From assembly GCF_009914755.1 (NCBI RefSeq), contig NC_060934.1: 64,000 bases of DNA. One strand, 5' to 3'. This document shows positions 48,371 to 64,000 of the stretch, piece by piece (the stretch's first letter is position 1; each line of letters starts with the position of its first letter). A model generated the notes under the pieces. The model searched no databases. It saw only the letters and a program-made list of their open reading frames with translations, and was not told where the DNA came from. The position numbers were made by a program, and so were the translations under genes. The stretch is from the human T2T-CHM13v2.0 reference genome, Homo sapiens.

Positions 48371-51300
48371 TTTATAGGCACCCAAGGCACAGAGGAAGGG
48401 GAGCCGCTTTGGCATCTCATTGCAGCATCTGCTCTGCTCATCCCACTCAGAGAGAGTTTGGCATTACTCTGACAATGTGGGATTTTTTTTTTTTTTTCGG
48501 CCTCTCTTTTTTTCTCTCTCTGCACATGGATGAACAGTGAGATTCTGAATACTCCCTTGCTGAACCAAGCGATGGCAGGTCCTGCTGGACCCACCTGGGG
48601 AAGGGAGACAGCTGTGCGACAGCTTTCAGAGCTCAAGGGTCACACCTAAATCCCCGATTTCCCCACTGCCAGCAGCCCCAGTTGGAGGGTGGAGGTGAAG
48701 GTTGAAAGGAGGGTGGCTGAGTTGACAGTTTCTTTGCTAGCTCCTCTACAATCAGTGCTTCAGGTGTTTTCAAAATGCCACTGTTAACAGAAGGAGGGCC
48801 TTTTAGAATTTTCCAGATGGTAGATGTGATTTTCTTTTAACCTGATGGTTTTCCTCCTCTGCCTTGTAAATGAATAAGATGTTGCCCCAAGAACAGTGAG
48901 GTATGTTGAAAAGCCAAAGAACATTTGTGAATGATTTTAAATGAACATGTCCACCGCCTCTGGGGGAGGAGGGGGTTGGTCCTTTTTACAAATGCTGCAC
49001 CGTGGTGAGTGCATACATACGTACTGTGCTTACAGTCTTACAGTTCTAGCAGTCTTTCGGGGGATACCGCCAATGGCCCTGAAGTTGCGTTTACTTAAAG
49101 TCGCTAAATGTACAAGAAATAACCACTTGTCAAAATGGCGTCAAAAGATCAAGCAAGAAGCTTTTGCACAAGTGCTGGGCAAGGTCTTTTCCTAGCATAT
49201 GGAAAGAGTTCTATAAGCTCCATAGCAGATTTCCCGAATATACATTGAGGGAGGGGAGAAGTAGGAGAAATACAAGAAAGAAGAGCCCCCATTCTCAGTG
49301 GGTGAGCTGCAGAAGGAACAGCATGGTTTATCATATTACTGGAAGGCCTCCAGGGTAGATATCAGGCAAGTTACCCCACCAACAAATACATAAGACACAC
49401 AAGAATGGCTTTAAATAAATAAGTAGAATTGAATCCTAAATCATACTTTTGCATTCAGGAGCAACAGATGTCAATCAAACGTGGGTGACATTTGCTTGTC
49501 AATACGAGGATGATGGCTGGGAAGACGGTGACTTATTACATCAGGGTGAGAATCTGAAATGAGAAAAGCAGGAACAAATAAGACTACAGCAAGCAAACAG
49601 TAACATCCTGGGTGACGATCAGCAGCCTGTGATCTTGTCTGCGGGTGTCACAGCATGGACTTCTCCTTTCCTCCCTGTGCCTCAATCTCCCCGCCCCCCA
49701 GCCTACTCCAGTCCACCCCACCAATTTAGTTCTTTCTTTCTTTCTTTCTTCTCTGTTTCAAAACAAAATAAGGTCAAACGAGCAGACAGAAGGAAACAAA
49801 GACTGAATGATTCTTTTAAGAGAAATGTCAGTAGCTCCTTCAGGCCTTGGCTGGGAGAATCAACCCTAAAAGCTGTGCTGTGTGGCTCAGCGGGGTGGGG
49901 GTCTCCACCTCCTGGCTACTGAGAGAGCCACACTGCTCCTGGTATTGGAAAATAGGGCTTCCCACTTCTCAAGCCCTTAACTTTTATTTTAGGGTAGTGG
50001 TTTTATAAATGCGCGCCTATTGCTTGGGCATAATTATACACATAGTTCCATAATATTTTTGTTCACATGAGCTGCCTTATTTTCATATTTTTAAGGAGCA
50101 AACACATAATAAGTTGTCTCCTGGCCATAATACTTACTTTCCTAACACACCTTCTGGATTGCTTCTTAAAAGTCACCTTCCTTTTGGAGGACAAAATGGT
50201 GAGGTTTGCTGCCAGCACTGGGGGGGTAGGATATTAATAAAACTCTGATGCACCAGATTATCAAATTTCATAAGGCCTCTCTATTGCTATGAAGAGTTCT
50301 GTAGGTGACACAAAAGGAGTTTTTAAAAGGTAGAGATGTATAGAGAAGTTCTCATCAAAACCTCAAGCTATGTGGAGTTTTCCCATTGACTAACGCTTAA
50401 GATATATTGGAGTCAAATGCTCATAAAATGCTCATCAATGCTTATAAAATATTAAGAGTTGAAATGGACTCTCTGTTCATGCAGATGATGAGACCGAAAC
50501 AGAGAGCTTCCAGGAGGATCAATGCCATTCAATGAGCTTGCTGCTGTACTCCCCTCTACACAATATGGATATATCCCATCCCAGCCCGAGACTGGCCATA
50601 CTAGTTCTAGTAACTGAGGCTTTCCTCCTACTTTCTCTGACGCCAAAGCAAATTTGATTTTGCAAGTGAGTGCCCTCACATTTTAAAGCTCTGCTGAGAT
50701 TTAGAAAGACACTCAGCAGTCATCATTCATCATGAAGTCACTCCCTCCCAGGCCACGTGGCTGACCCCAGACTTTCTATTAACTGCACAAGCCTGGGCAA
50801 CACATGGATATTTGGCTCTGTAGTGAAGCAAATTTAAATTCTTGGTCTCCTTCCTCTCCTCCAGAAGTATCTCACTGTGCACTTTGGGGGAACCTTTTGG
50901 TTCCCCCACAATTTTCAAGGATGACTTGGTAGTAAACGAACTTATGGCTGGTTACTGAGACTTTCTACTGCTTGAATTTCCCAGAAGGTTCTCTGCAAAG
51001 TTACTCACGCTTCAGCTCTTGTTCTGACAGTTTGGATAAACCATCTGATATGGCATATTACTCATCATCTTCATATATATAATAATAGAAAACGTGTCAA
51101 TTAAAAAAATATTTGATTTTCTTCAGTCCTCATTAGAGAACCAAGTTTTCTCTCATATTCGATAAGAATCTTGGAAGTGGGCCCTGGACTCTCATTTCTG
51201 CAGCATCTCCCAACCATCTCTCAAGAAAACACCAGGCTCCCTACTCCCATTGCACCTGTACCTGGACCTTGTGGACCCTCCAGAAGATGAAGTCCAATCC

Positions 51301-51749
51301 AGAAAGCCGTGATCATGGTTGGATCACAATCCTGTGATTTTCTTCTTCCCCACACCATTTCTGTTGCTTTCAGAGAGCTGAGCAGATCCTAAGCACACGA
51401 CTCCCACACAGACATGCACGGCCATCCATTAATCAGTATTGAGTATCTACGGACAGCACAGCCCTACGCTGGGCTCTCACCAGGCAGACAAATATTTAGT
51501 CATGAAAATGATTTCCAAATCCAGCAGCACTTAAGCAGAAATAGCATTTCTTAGAACAGGAAAAAATAATAATAAATTAACAAACCCAAGGACTGTCTAG
51601 AGAATCAGACATAAAAAATACAAAAAAAAATTGGGACTAGATCTGCTATTTATCTTTAATTTTGCGGTCTCCAAATTTCATTTCAGAACATATACTCCTT
51701 TGACTGAAGAACTGTACATTTCTAACCAGAAAGAGTCTGCCTGGAGTTA

Positions 51750-52000
51750 TGTAGGGAAGCCGTATATTCTTATGGCTTTGGAATCAGATGGGTCTTAATT
51801 TGAATACTAGCTTCCTCATTTAGGAGCTGTGAAAGTTTCTTAATCTCCCAGAGGCTCAATTTCCATTTCTGTAAAGTGGAAATAACACTAATACCTAAAT
51901 TATAGGGTTGTTGTGAAGAGTAAGTGAGTTAATGCATATAATTACAATGGTACCCAATTTATAATAAGAGCCTAATAACTGCCAACTATCAACTTAGTAT
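51750..52000 (+). mobile_element. MIR
   Basis: ggctttggaatcaga...ctcaatttccatttctgtaaagtgg...gggttgttgtgaag. Confidence 0.75.
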
Positions 52001-52517
52001 ATTGTAGGACTAATGAGTAGTGTATGCCTATGAATTGAATGGAAGAATGCAAGGCTTAGTAAAGGAAGCTGAAACCAAAGGGCCTGACTTAAGACAAATG
52101 GCATAAAATGAACGGTAAGTATGTTAGACTTAGATAAAACTGAGGGGAACACCAAAATTCTCCAGGAGAGTTGCCAAGGTGTACTCTCCTGTAATATCAA
52201 GCAAAACAAAACTCAAAACTCAAAACAAGGATCACATGACTCTTCTCCAAAGTAAGAAGACAAAGTTTTATATCAAGGTCATTTGAATTCATTGTGCTTT
52301 GATAGCCCAAGTTTTCAGATGTAAGACCTAGTAGGATGTATTAACACATGCTTTTTGTCCTCTAGGAATTCCGCAAGTCAACAAGTTGCAAATGTACTTA
52401 AAAATTATTGAGGTCGATATTCAGGAACTGTTTCTGTGGATAACAATTCTCAAAAAAGCAAACATGCCAGAGAGGGCTGCTTTGTTTTGTTGTTTGTTTG
52501 TTGTTTTGGGAGTTGGT

Positions 52518-52841
52518 TTTTTTTTGTTTTTTTTTTTTTTTTTGAGACAGGGTCCCACTCCATCACTCAGGATGGAGTGCAGTAGCATGATCTCGGCTCA
52601 CTGCAACCTCTGCCTCCCAGGTTCAAGGGATTCTCATGCCTCAGTCTCCTAAATAGCTGGGATTACAGGCATGCACCCCATACCAGCTAATTTTTGTATA
52701 TATATATAAATTTTTTTTTAAGTAGAGACAGGGTTTCACAATGTTGCCCAGTCTGGTCTCGAACTCCTGGCCTCAAATTATCCAACTGCCTTGGCCTCCC
52801 TAAGTGTTGGGATTACAAGAGTGAGCCACTGAGCCCGGCCC
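52518..52841 (-). mobile_element. Alu (J/S)
   Basis: Full-length antisense Alu. Confidence 0.9.
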
Positions 52842-54650
52842 CACTTTGTACATGAACCAGAAGAGCAGTCACTCTGAAAGACACCTAAGTCATAGCCACA
52901 TCTCTAGGGAATTTTCAACACGAAACTCTCTATAGAAGGCAAGTTGGAAAGCTAGCTTGGCAGGTGTATTGTCAAAAATTATTGAACCGCTAAATGGAGA
53001 TGGTTACCAGCACATTACAGAAGACTCAATGTACAACGTATGGCTTCATGTTGGTCCAAAATTCTAACTATATCAGTCAAGAAAAGGATGAAATCTCAAG
53101 TATGGATGTGACACTTTATACCTGCCATACATAGAATGTTCAATCCGTATGACCTTACTTGATGTAGAATTAAAGGAAAAGTTACCAAGAATGAGATCTG
53201 AGAGCTTAGCAAGTCCTCCTAAGCTATAGCCATGATAACTCATCATACAAGGAAAATAAGTGAATTCAAAGAACCAAAAGCAGCTGCCATTAGATTACAG
53301 GGAACTTTCAAACAAAAGATATATCATAGGAAGTCAGGTGAGAAGCTGTCAACTGGGCAGGCAGTGATGAGAATCGTAGTTGTCTTACTGTACTTTTTTG
53401 TTTTGTTCAAAAAACCTAAAGCATCACGCATTTTGAAAGCAGAGTTTGCAGAGAGCCCCCAACAGAGCCAGAACTTGCCAAGAGCGACTGATATTTCTAG
53501 AATCTGGCTCTTAAAATAATAAGGCTGGAGGAGACATGAACACCATGGGAAAGTGTATTCAGCCCCACTCCTATGTGAATGTAGCTTCAGAGCAAGTTAC
53601 CTTCAACGAGGAGCAGCACATCCTGTAAACAGATACCGTGTCTCTTGGGTACTTACGTGCAAATAGACATATCAGCTTTTCCCTAATGCAGGCAGTCTCT
53701 TGGGGATAGTTTTGTAACATGTAAAAATAGATATAATTTGAAACCATAGTCCTAAAAGTAAGGTATTTTAGTTGCAGGAGGAGAAGAGAGAAGACAAAAG
53801 TAACCTATTGCAAGTGGCTGTACGTTCCATAGAAGTAGTTGTATACCTCAGTGTTTCCCACTGAAAGTAGCTGTAACAATTCATGCTTTAATTCATTAAT
53901 CGATAATTTAATCTCTGGCTCTGGAAAGTGGAAAAAGTCTGTGAAAGCTGGTCCTACTTAAATGGAGATTTGGAGTTTTCGTTTGTCCCGGATTAGTCAA
54001 GATACAAGTAGAAATCCTTACACCTGCCAATACCCACAAAGGCATCTATGTTTTCACACAGGCCCCTCTAATTACATATCAGCAGTTAAGAGGTTTCTCC
54101 CCTTTCTAGCCACTTCTAAGATGCTAATGATCCTGGGAGTTTTAGCCTTTTGTTGCCTGCTGCTGCGGTGTTTGAACCATTCCAGTAAGCCAGCAACTTT
54201 GCAGGGACAAGGACAGAGGTAAGATTTGTTTCTTTGGCTGGTTGGTTTTTGTTTTGTTATCAATGGGTGAAAAAAAGTTAAAACTATCGATTAAATTTAG
54301 GGATTACCTGAACATGTCTATTATCCAATAGGATATCCATTATCCATTATGTATTTACATTTGTGTGTATGCCTTCCATTATACATACGTATATTATTTC
54401 TTTTACATTTACTCTTAAGAATTTGTTTTTGTAGGTGGGCAGAGGGTCTCAATGGCTACATAATGAGGGTCAGACATTGAGTACCCATGATGGTTTCTTT
54501 TTGTCCAAAGCTCCAGTACATAGGAACATTGTTCTGTCATGAAACAGACAACCGACTGGCCCTCTGCCCATGTTCCCCGGGAATGAGGGTGCATTCAGCC
54601 TCAGTGGCAGTTTTGTAAAAGTTCTTGAACACAAAAGAGAAAAGAAATTA

Positions 54651-54922
<272 letters not shown>

Positions 54923-55455
54923 CATTTTTTTAAAACATCATGCACTAAATCTAAACTACACAATCAAGCTTTCCTTCAGAAATTCTGAAAGAGCCAGAAG
55001 GCCCTAATCCAATGTTTTAATCTGATGTTTGACTGCACTGGTTAGAATGAATTCTCTGGGTATATCCATTCTATTATCTTCTCATTAATGTGTAATGTTT
55101 AATTCAATTTAATTTAAAACATGCAAGAAAAGAAGTGGACTTTGCTGTCTATTTCCCTTCCTCCAGCCTTTCCCATCTCCAAACTGTGTCACACAGGGCA
55201 TCAGTGGTCATCTTCCTGTATCAACTGCTCACAGCCTGTGCCCACTCAGCTCAGAAACAATGATATCCTTCCTTGTTGTCCACATTGTCAGAAAGTCTAA
55301 CTCCCTGGTGCCAGGCCCTGCACCATGGGCGCAAAGCTTCTCTAAATTCCCAGGTTTCATTTTCATAACTGGCCCTCTCTTCTACTCCATTGTTCAGTTA
55401 TCGGGTATTTACACCTTAAATCACCTTGTCATTTCTCATTTTGCCTTCCCCTTAA

Positions 55456-56106
<651 letters not shown>

Positions 56107-57018
56107 TGAATGGCTGAATTGGGAACAAATAGCCCAGCTTGCAAAATATTCTATAAACTTAAGAAACCTAGATGTAGTGAACAAGCCTGGACTGAAAATT
56201 AGGCATTTCTATGACCCACTTTCCCTAAAGGACTGGACACTCTTTCAACTCTGCCAGAGAGGTTAGATTAAGAGCCAGCTTAGTGTCAATTCTTTACAAA
56301 AGAAGTAAAGATAAGAACAGAGAGATAACTTGCACAAGAGTTGGAGTTTAAAATGTATTAGGGCCTTGGATGTCAGACCTTATATGTGATGCGAAGGGTT
56401 GCTTGCAGACCCGCTGACATTTGGAACTGGTTCTAATAGTTTAAATACATGATTAGATTTGTTTAACTATTGTGGTTTCTAAATGTCTCACACCATGTGT
56501 GTGGTGGAAGCAGAAATTGCACTGTGGTCACTGGAAGAGAACATGACTTTCTCACAGATTTCTGCCCAAGATGGTGGCCGTATGAACCACCTAAATTATG
56601 TACCTCAGTGGATATTCTATGAGGTTCTTCACCTCATCTCTTTAAGGTTTGTGGACAAGTATTTTGTCTATACCCTAGACATACAAAATAGTTTTTTTTT
56701 TAATAAAAATAAGAGACTACAGTTATGTGGCTGAAAGAAGGGCCATGGAAAAGAAAGAATTGTACCAGAAGTGCTATGTCAAGGATGATAGCTGCTATAT
56801 AAGAAATAAAAATACTTTCTGAGTTTCCCAATAGCCAAGGCAAAAAGGGAAACACTACAAGTTACCCTTATCTTATGATTTTTTAAAATAAACATTCCAG
56901 TTTTTCATGAGACAGGAGATTTTTTCCTATCTCAGAATTCTGGGAAGAATTTATCAAGTAAGGGATATAAAATAATATCATGGATACTAATTAAAGGTGG
57001 CTTTATAGAAAATAAAGA

Positions 57019-57237
57019 AATTACAGACGTCAGCTACAATTACAGACATCAGCTACCACGCTCGGCTCTCACTCCTCCTGATCTTATCACTCTTTCAAGA
57101 CCCTGCTGCAAAGTCACCTCCTTCCCCTATCCCTCCACCCTGAGCCCTGAACTGCCAACCACTGGATCTTTCTTCCCTGTGCTCCCAAGCACGTTGAATG
57201 TCTCCTCCTGAAAACACTTACCTCATTCTGCTTTTGC
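57019..57237 (+). repeat. Direct dispersed copy of 55771-55971
   Basis: ~200 bp with roughly 10-11 differences by eye; first 19 nt doubled. Confidence 0.93.
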
Positions 57238-58389
57238 TCATTGTTTCTCAATGAGGAACTAAAGCAGTTCAAGTCTTACCCAGTTCACCATTTCCTAGAA
57301 CACCTTGAAATTCATTCAAAGAAAGCTGACATGTTGAATAAGAGGCAAATACTACCCCAAGAAAATGCACAATTAGCAAGAACAGAATGGATGGGATAGA
57401 TTGAAGAGCAGAGACTGAACTTTTCACCAGAAGGAGTGACAACTCGTTTTCAAATAAAAAGCAAAAGTGCAGTAAATGCTATCACTGGAGTGATGAGACT
57501 CAGCTAGAACGAATGCAAATAAATTCCACATTTCTGTTTCTTTTCAGTAAGTAATTTGAAAAGATCAGTCAAATGTGTGTGACTAGCTGCAGAAAAAAAA
57601 AATTAAACAATTTGGCAGATTTGTTCCCAAGTCATGCCTACAATATTTTGACCCATGAATTACTACAGATATAAAAATGTTACTACTTGTATTATAAAAA
57701 CACAACCTTGAGCAAATAGGAAGTTAACGAAATCACACTGAAATCTTCAATTTTGAAAACAGAAAATGATTGTCAACACTATTTGATAATGATATTCATC
57801 ACTGCTGGGAACTACTGTAATAAAAAATTAACAATTGTATGCACCCTCTTTGAATATGCAAGCACTGATCTACTTACTGCAAATATAAAAGCCATTTCCC
57901 CCTCACATTTAATTTGTAACTTATAATTAGAAAATTTATTTCAACCCCAGGAACTCCTTAATTTGCCCTATAGTAAGTCATTGCATAATTACTCAAAGTC
58001 TCAAAAATACAGACAAGGATATGCAAGGTAAAGGCATCACGGTATTCTTGAGACAGCCAATGAATTTTCTGAAGATTTTTGAGCATTCAGTATAGTAAGA
58101 ATTTTAATGATCTTCAGCTCCTCTTAGATCTAGACACAAATATGGAAATGTATATTGTGCAATGCAAATGAACTGGAAATGGGTTTAGTGGAAGGTACTG
58201 CCATCCCTGGGATGGTTGCATTAATACCCAGAACCAAAAACTGCTCAAAAGGTAACACTCTTCCATCAGCAAAAGAGAACAGGCAAACTGCTCTAACAAA
58301 ATAATAAACTATGTGTCCAAACAGGGGAAGTAAATACTTTTACATAACACAAAAGAGAATGGAGCTAGGGAGAAAAAAATGCAGGAACG

Positions 58390-58690
58390 TGCCAGGCATG
58401 GTGGCTTACACCTGTAATCCCAGCACTTTGGGAGATCGAGGCAAGAGGATAGCGTGAGTCCAGGAGTTCGAGACCAGCCTGGACAACACAGTGAGACTCT
58501 GTCTCTACAGAATTTTTTTTTTTTTTAATTAGCCAGGCATAGTGGCATGTGACTGTAGTCCCAGCTACCTGGGAGGCTGACGTGGGAGGATTGCGTGAGT
58601 TTGGGAGGTTGAGGGTGCAAAGAGCCATGATTGTGCAACTGTACTCCATCCTGAGTGACAGACCAGCCCGTCTCAAAAAAAGAAAATACA
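58390..58690 (+). mobile_element. AluJ
   Basis: Full-length; linker contains a T-run. Confidence 0.88.
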
Positions 58691-58956
58691 AGAATAAATA
58701 TGGGTACTTTCCATTAGTAAAGGAGAATCTAAATGAGGGAGAAAAATGATTTGGCTGCTGTATTTGAGGGCTTTACAGACAAGCTTTCTCAGAATAACTC
58801 AAGTTTCAAACATGGCAGCATATTCAAGTTCAGTGTTTGAATCCCGTCATGGTCATGGAAAGATGTTGAAGCACTGTGAGTGTATCGAAAAATTGGAGCC
58901 TCTTCGAAACAACGGTTACACTATTTTTCAGTGCAATTAAAAATAATGAGTAGGGA

Positions 58957-59400
<444 letters not shown>

Positions 59401-59789
59401 AAGGAAAGAAAGAAGAAAGAGAGAAAGAAATAAAGCAAATAGCCAGAAGGGAGGCATGAGAGGAAATGTGAAAGTCTGCCATGCTGTTGTGTGCCAGTTT
59501 CTTCCACCAACTCAAAATCTACTGTCATCTTTAATGAGCGCCCTGGTGGCATGATAAACCACGGTCCTTTTTACTCATCAGAAACTTGATGGATGTGTGC
59601 TCTGAGTGGAGGGCTGGGAGTGGGCAACTCCAAATTAAAATCTCCACTGTTTCGTTAGCCAGGAGATTCATTTTGGCTGTCATCTTCTTTATATACTCCT
59701 CCCTTTGTTTCCTGATTATTAAATTTGGAATCATTCGTAATTTAATTTTTTAACCACAAATGCAATCATTTTAATTATTCATGTGTAAT

Positions 59790-60081
59790 TTTTTTTTTTT
59801 TTTGACAGAGTCTTGCTCTGTCACAAGGCCAGAGTGCAGTGGCACGATCTCCGCTCACTGCAACCTCCGCCTCCCCAGTTGAGGTGATTCTCCTGCCTCA
59901 GCCTCCTGAGTAGCTGGGACTACAGGCACCCGCCACCACACCCAGCTGATTTTTGTATTTTTTAGTAGAGACGCAGTTTCACCATGTTGGCCAGGATGGT
60001 CTCGATCTCCTGACCTCATGATCCACCCACCTCGGCCTCCCAAAGTGCTGGGATGACAGGCGTGAGCCACCGTGCCTGCCC
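59790..60081 (-). mobile_element. AluS
   Basis: Full-length; catgtgtaat on both sides. Confidence 0.92.
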
Positions 60082-60849
60082 TCACATGTGTAATATTTTT
60101 AAATTTAAAGTAGGAGAGAGTTTAATCTAAACTGAGTTCTCTGAAATGAACTGGCTTCTTTGTGTTAGATAGCCTGTTTTAAGGGGACTCGAAGTCTTTG
60201 GGAGGAATTTTGCTGCAATCCTAGAGTCCAAGGTAGTGGGATGATTGAGGCGTGTCTTCATGGACTTAAATAAAATGTACACGATTGGAATTGGAAAAAT
60301 CTTTTTGGATGAACTATTCATGAAAGTGAAAAATGATAGGATTTTTCTCAGTAACAAAAAATTTGGGGCTATAGGAGGATAATATAAACACCATCGCTGA
60401 TTCTGACAATAAGATCTTGTTCAAGTAAACAGGATTCTTGGAAAGGAGGGCCTCAGATTCGAGGGCTGTTTGTTTTGTTTCGTTTTTCATAATGATGAAG
60501 CAGCAAAATCATAAAAATATTTCTTAAGGCTGTTAAAGAAAGAAGCAGCAAAGAAGCCAGCCTCCTTTCAGTTCTCAAATTATTCAGTTTTGGATAGAAA
60601 AAGTCTGTATTCAGGGGTTGGATATATTTGCAACAAAACATATCTTCTTCCCTTTTATATGTCCCAGAACATCTATACCAGCACCTGTGCACCAAGTAAG
60701 GCCACAATAATTGTTTTTTTCCAAATGAGTAAAAAGAAATAGCATGTTTGTGTAAAGCTAAGATCAAAGCATTTGCAGTTCTTATGGTACAATGGAGGGT
60801 TCTGGATCAGCCGCTAAAGGGACACCTTCATCCAGTACCCTGGATCCTT

Positions 60850-61610
<761 letters not shown>

Positions 61611-61654
61611 CAACCAGGTTGGGGCTCTAAAAGAGGGGATTTAAGCTTTCTCCT

Positions 61655-62165
<511 letters not shown>

Positions 62166-62342
62166 TATGATGAGGATGATATGAATTCATTTTCTCTACT
62201 AAAGGACAGAGCAAGAGAAAATGGATTTAAGAGGAAGCAATGAAGCTATGTATTGGCCGTGAGCCAAATCACTGGAAAAGAGGATCAAGAAAGGTTCCTG
62301 GAAGCCCCTGGCATGCTCAGAAGTGGCCACTGAGTAGAATGG

Positions 62343-62707
62343 TGTAATCTTTTGCTTGGGCTGCCTTAACAAAGTATCCACAGACTGGGTGGCTTAACTC
62401 TAGAAATTAATTTTCTCGCTGTTCTACAGTCTGTAAGTCTGAGGCCGAGGTGTCAGCAGGTTGGTTTATTCTAGGGCCCATCTCTGGGCTTGTAGATGTC
62501 CCTCTTCTCCCCGTGTCCCCCGTCATGTGGTTTTCCATCTGTTCATGTCTGTGTCCTGTTCTCTTCTTAGAAGGGTACCCATAGGACCTCATTTTACTTG
62601 AATTACCTCATTAAAGACCCTATCTCCAAAAACAGTCACATTTTCAGGTACTGGGTGTTAGGGCTTCAATGCATGCATTTGGCAGAGACAGAATTTAGCC
62701 GATAACA
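62343..62707 (-). mobile_element. MLT1B-like solo LTR
   Basis: tgta...cagactgggtggctta...ctatctccaaaaacagtcacatt...ataaca. Confidence 0.8.
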
Positions 62708-63536
62708 AGCAGTTTAGGTGTGAATATGCCTGAGAGATGAAGGAATGATGAAAATTCCAATCACAGCATGGCCGGGAACTTGCAGTCTCCTGAGACCAGA
62801 GACCTGTTCAGCATTTTCCAATCCGAGTTTTGCTGCGCCTCATGCATTTTAATTGTGGCATCAGATGAGCTGTAGATATGGCATAGCTCCTTTCTAGGTT
62901 ACCATTTCCAGGGAGTTTAATGAGTGTGACTTAGTTCACGTAACTAAGAGATTTCAATGCCAGTTTTGACTCAGTCAATTCTTCCTTTGAAATTATCTCC
63001 AGTTTTGTATTTCTCCAGCTACCGTTGCGATTTAAAGCAGCCCTTTATGACCACGTACACAGGGCCTCAGAATAGCTTCCTGCACAGTCACCTGGCCTTT
63101 CAGTTTATCCCAATTCTCATTCATTCTGTGTACCGAGTTGAGATTCTTCTTCCCATGAGACCATGTTCATGATTCCTCCCATTTCCCTGAAACTTCAAAG
63201 GACTCTCTCAACCCAGTTGTCTCAAGATTAATCCCAAATCTCTAACTTCTCATTAATTGTACTTTATCACCTAACTATGACTTTATTTAGTCTTTGACTT
63301 CTGACTGTAATTTCTATTGCTATAACTTTAGCATATCACCCTGCATAGGACGTTAATTTCTATTGCTACTAAAAACAAAACAAAATAAAACTCTTCTATG
63401 ACCCCCAGATCTATTTTCTTACTTTCCATGACATTTCTCACACATGTCAAGGCCCAGTTCTTGTTTATGCTACTCAGCTAGAATGCCTCCAAGAGCTCCA
63501 GATCTCAAGGCACTTATTCATCACAAGAAAACTTTT

Positions 63537-63682
63537 CGTTCATTCATTCATTCATTCATTCATTCATTATTTTTTGTAGAGACAGATGCCCGGGCTGGTC
63601 TCGAACTCCTGGTCTCAAGCAATCCTCCCACTTCGGCCTCTCAGAGTGTGGGGATTACAGGCGTGAGCCACTGCACTCGACC
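63537..63682 (-). mobile_element. Alu monomer with (CATT)n tract
   Basis: (CATT) repeat 63537-63568 followed by antisense left arm. Confidence 0.75.
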
Positions 63683-63799
63683 AAAACGAAAGCTTTTACT
63701 CAAATGTTTCTTTCTCAGAAATGTCTTCCCTGGTCATTCCGTGTAAAACAGTGCTCCGTCGGCCAAAATCCTATAACACTGCTTTCTTTTTCTTTATGA

Positions 63800-64000
63800 T
63801 GTTATGGGCTGAATTGTACCTCCTCACCCCAAATTTGTGTGTTGAGGTCCCAACCTCTAGTTAGCTCAGAATGTGATTGTATTTGGAGAAAGTGTCTTTA
63901 GAGAGGTAATTAAGGTCAAATACGGTCATATGGGTACCCTCCTAAGAAGAAGAGATTAGGACACAGACATGCACAGAGGAAAAACCGTGTGAAGACAGAC
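63800..64000 (+). mobile_element. MLT1B-like LTR, runs off window end
   Basis: tgttatgggctgaattgt...cagaatgtgattgtatttggaga. Confidence 0.8.

Noticed and set aside
50415-50450. aatgctcat-like triple repeat; similar mini-repeats at ~23760 and ~52200
   Set aside because: Too short and degenerate; ordinary slippage, no spacer structure, not CRISPR-like
59536-59550. CTCF-like gccaccagggcgctc on -
   Set aside because: Mismatch in the core G-run; weaker than the 45461 site

Overview
Human (or very close great-ape) genomic DNA carrying two convergent genes. On +, the four coding exons of PTER (phosphotriesterase-related amidohydrolase, 349 aa; ATG 10846, stop 37701; the non-coding first exon is not recognisable in the window) with a ~2.5-kb 3' UTR. 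On -, the complete two-exon C1QL3 gene (255 aa; ATG 47532, stop 40974) with a CpG island, TATA box and a long AUG-free leader. The rest is intron/intergenic DNA with about 35 Alu elements, MaLR LTRs, MIR/L2/L1 relics, mariner/Tigger/hAT MITEs, a tailless U2 snRNA retrocopy and microsatellites. Most ORFs in the supplied track are Alu or CpG-island artefacts. Best leads: (1) an in-frame AUU-initiated 32-aa N-terminal extension of C1QL3 that would turn its signal peptide into a type II membrane anchor; (2) interlocked, opposite-strand poly(A) signals where PTER and C1QL3 meet; (3) several locally templated rearrangements (a ~365-bp inverted duplication, a 46-bp perfect fold-back inside a MADE1 MITE, a ~200-bp direct copy with a stutter at its junction). 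No wholly new multi-gene system is visible. Repeat family names come from recalled consensus sequences, and repeat boundaries are approximate.
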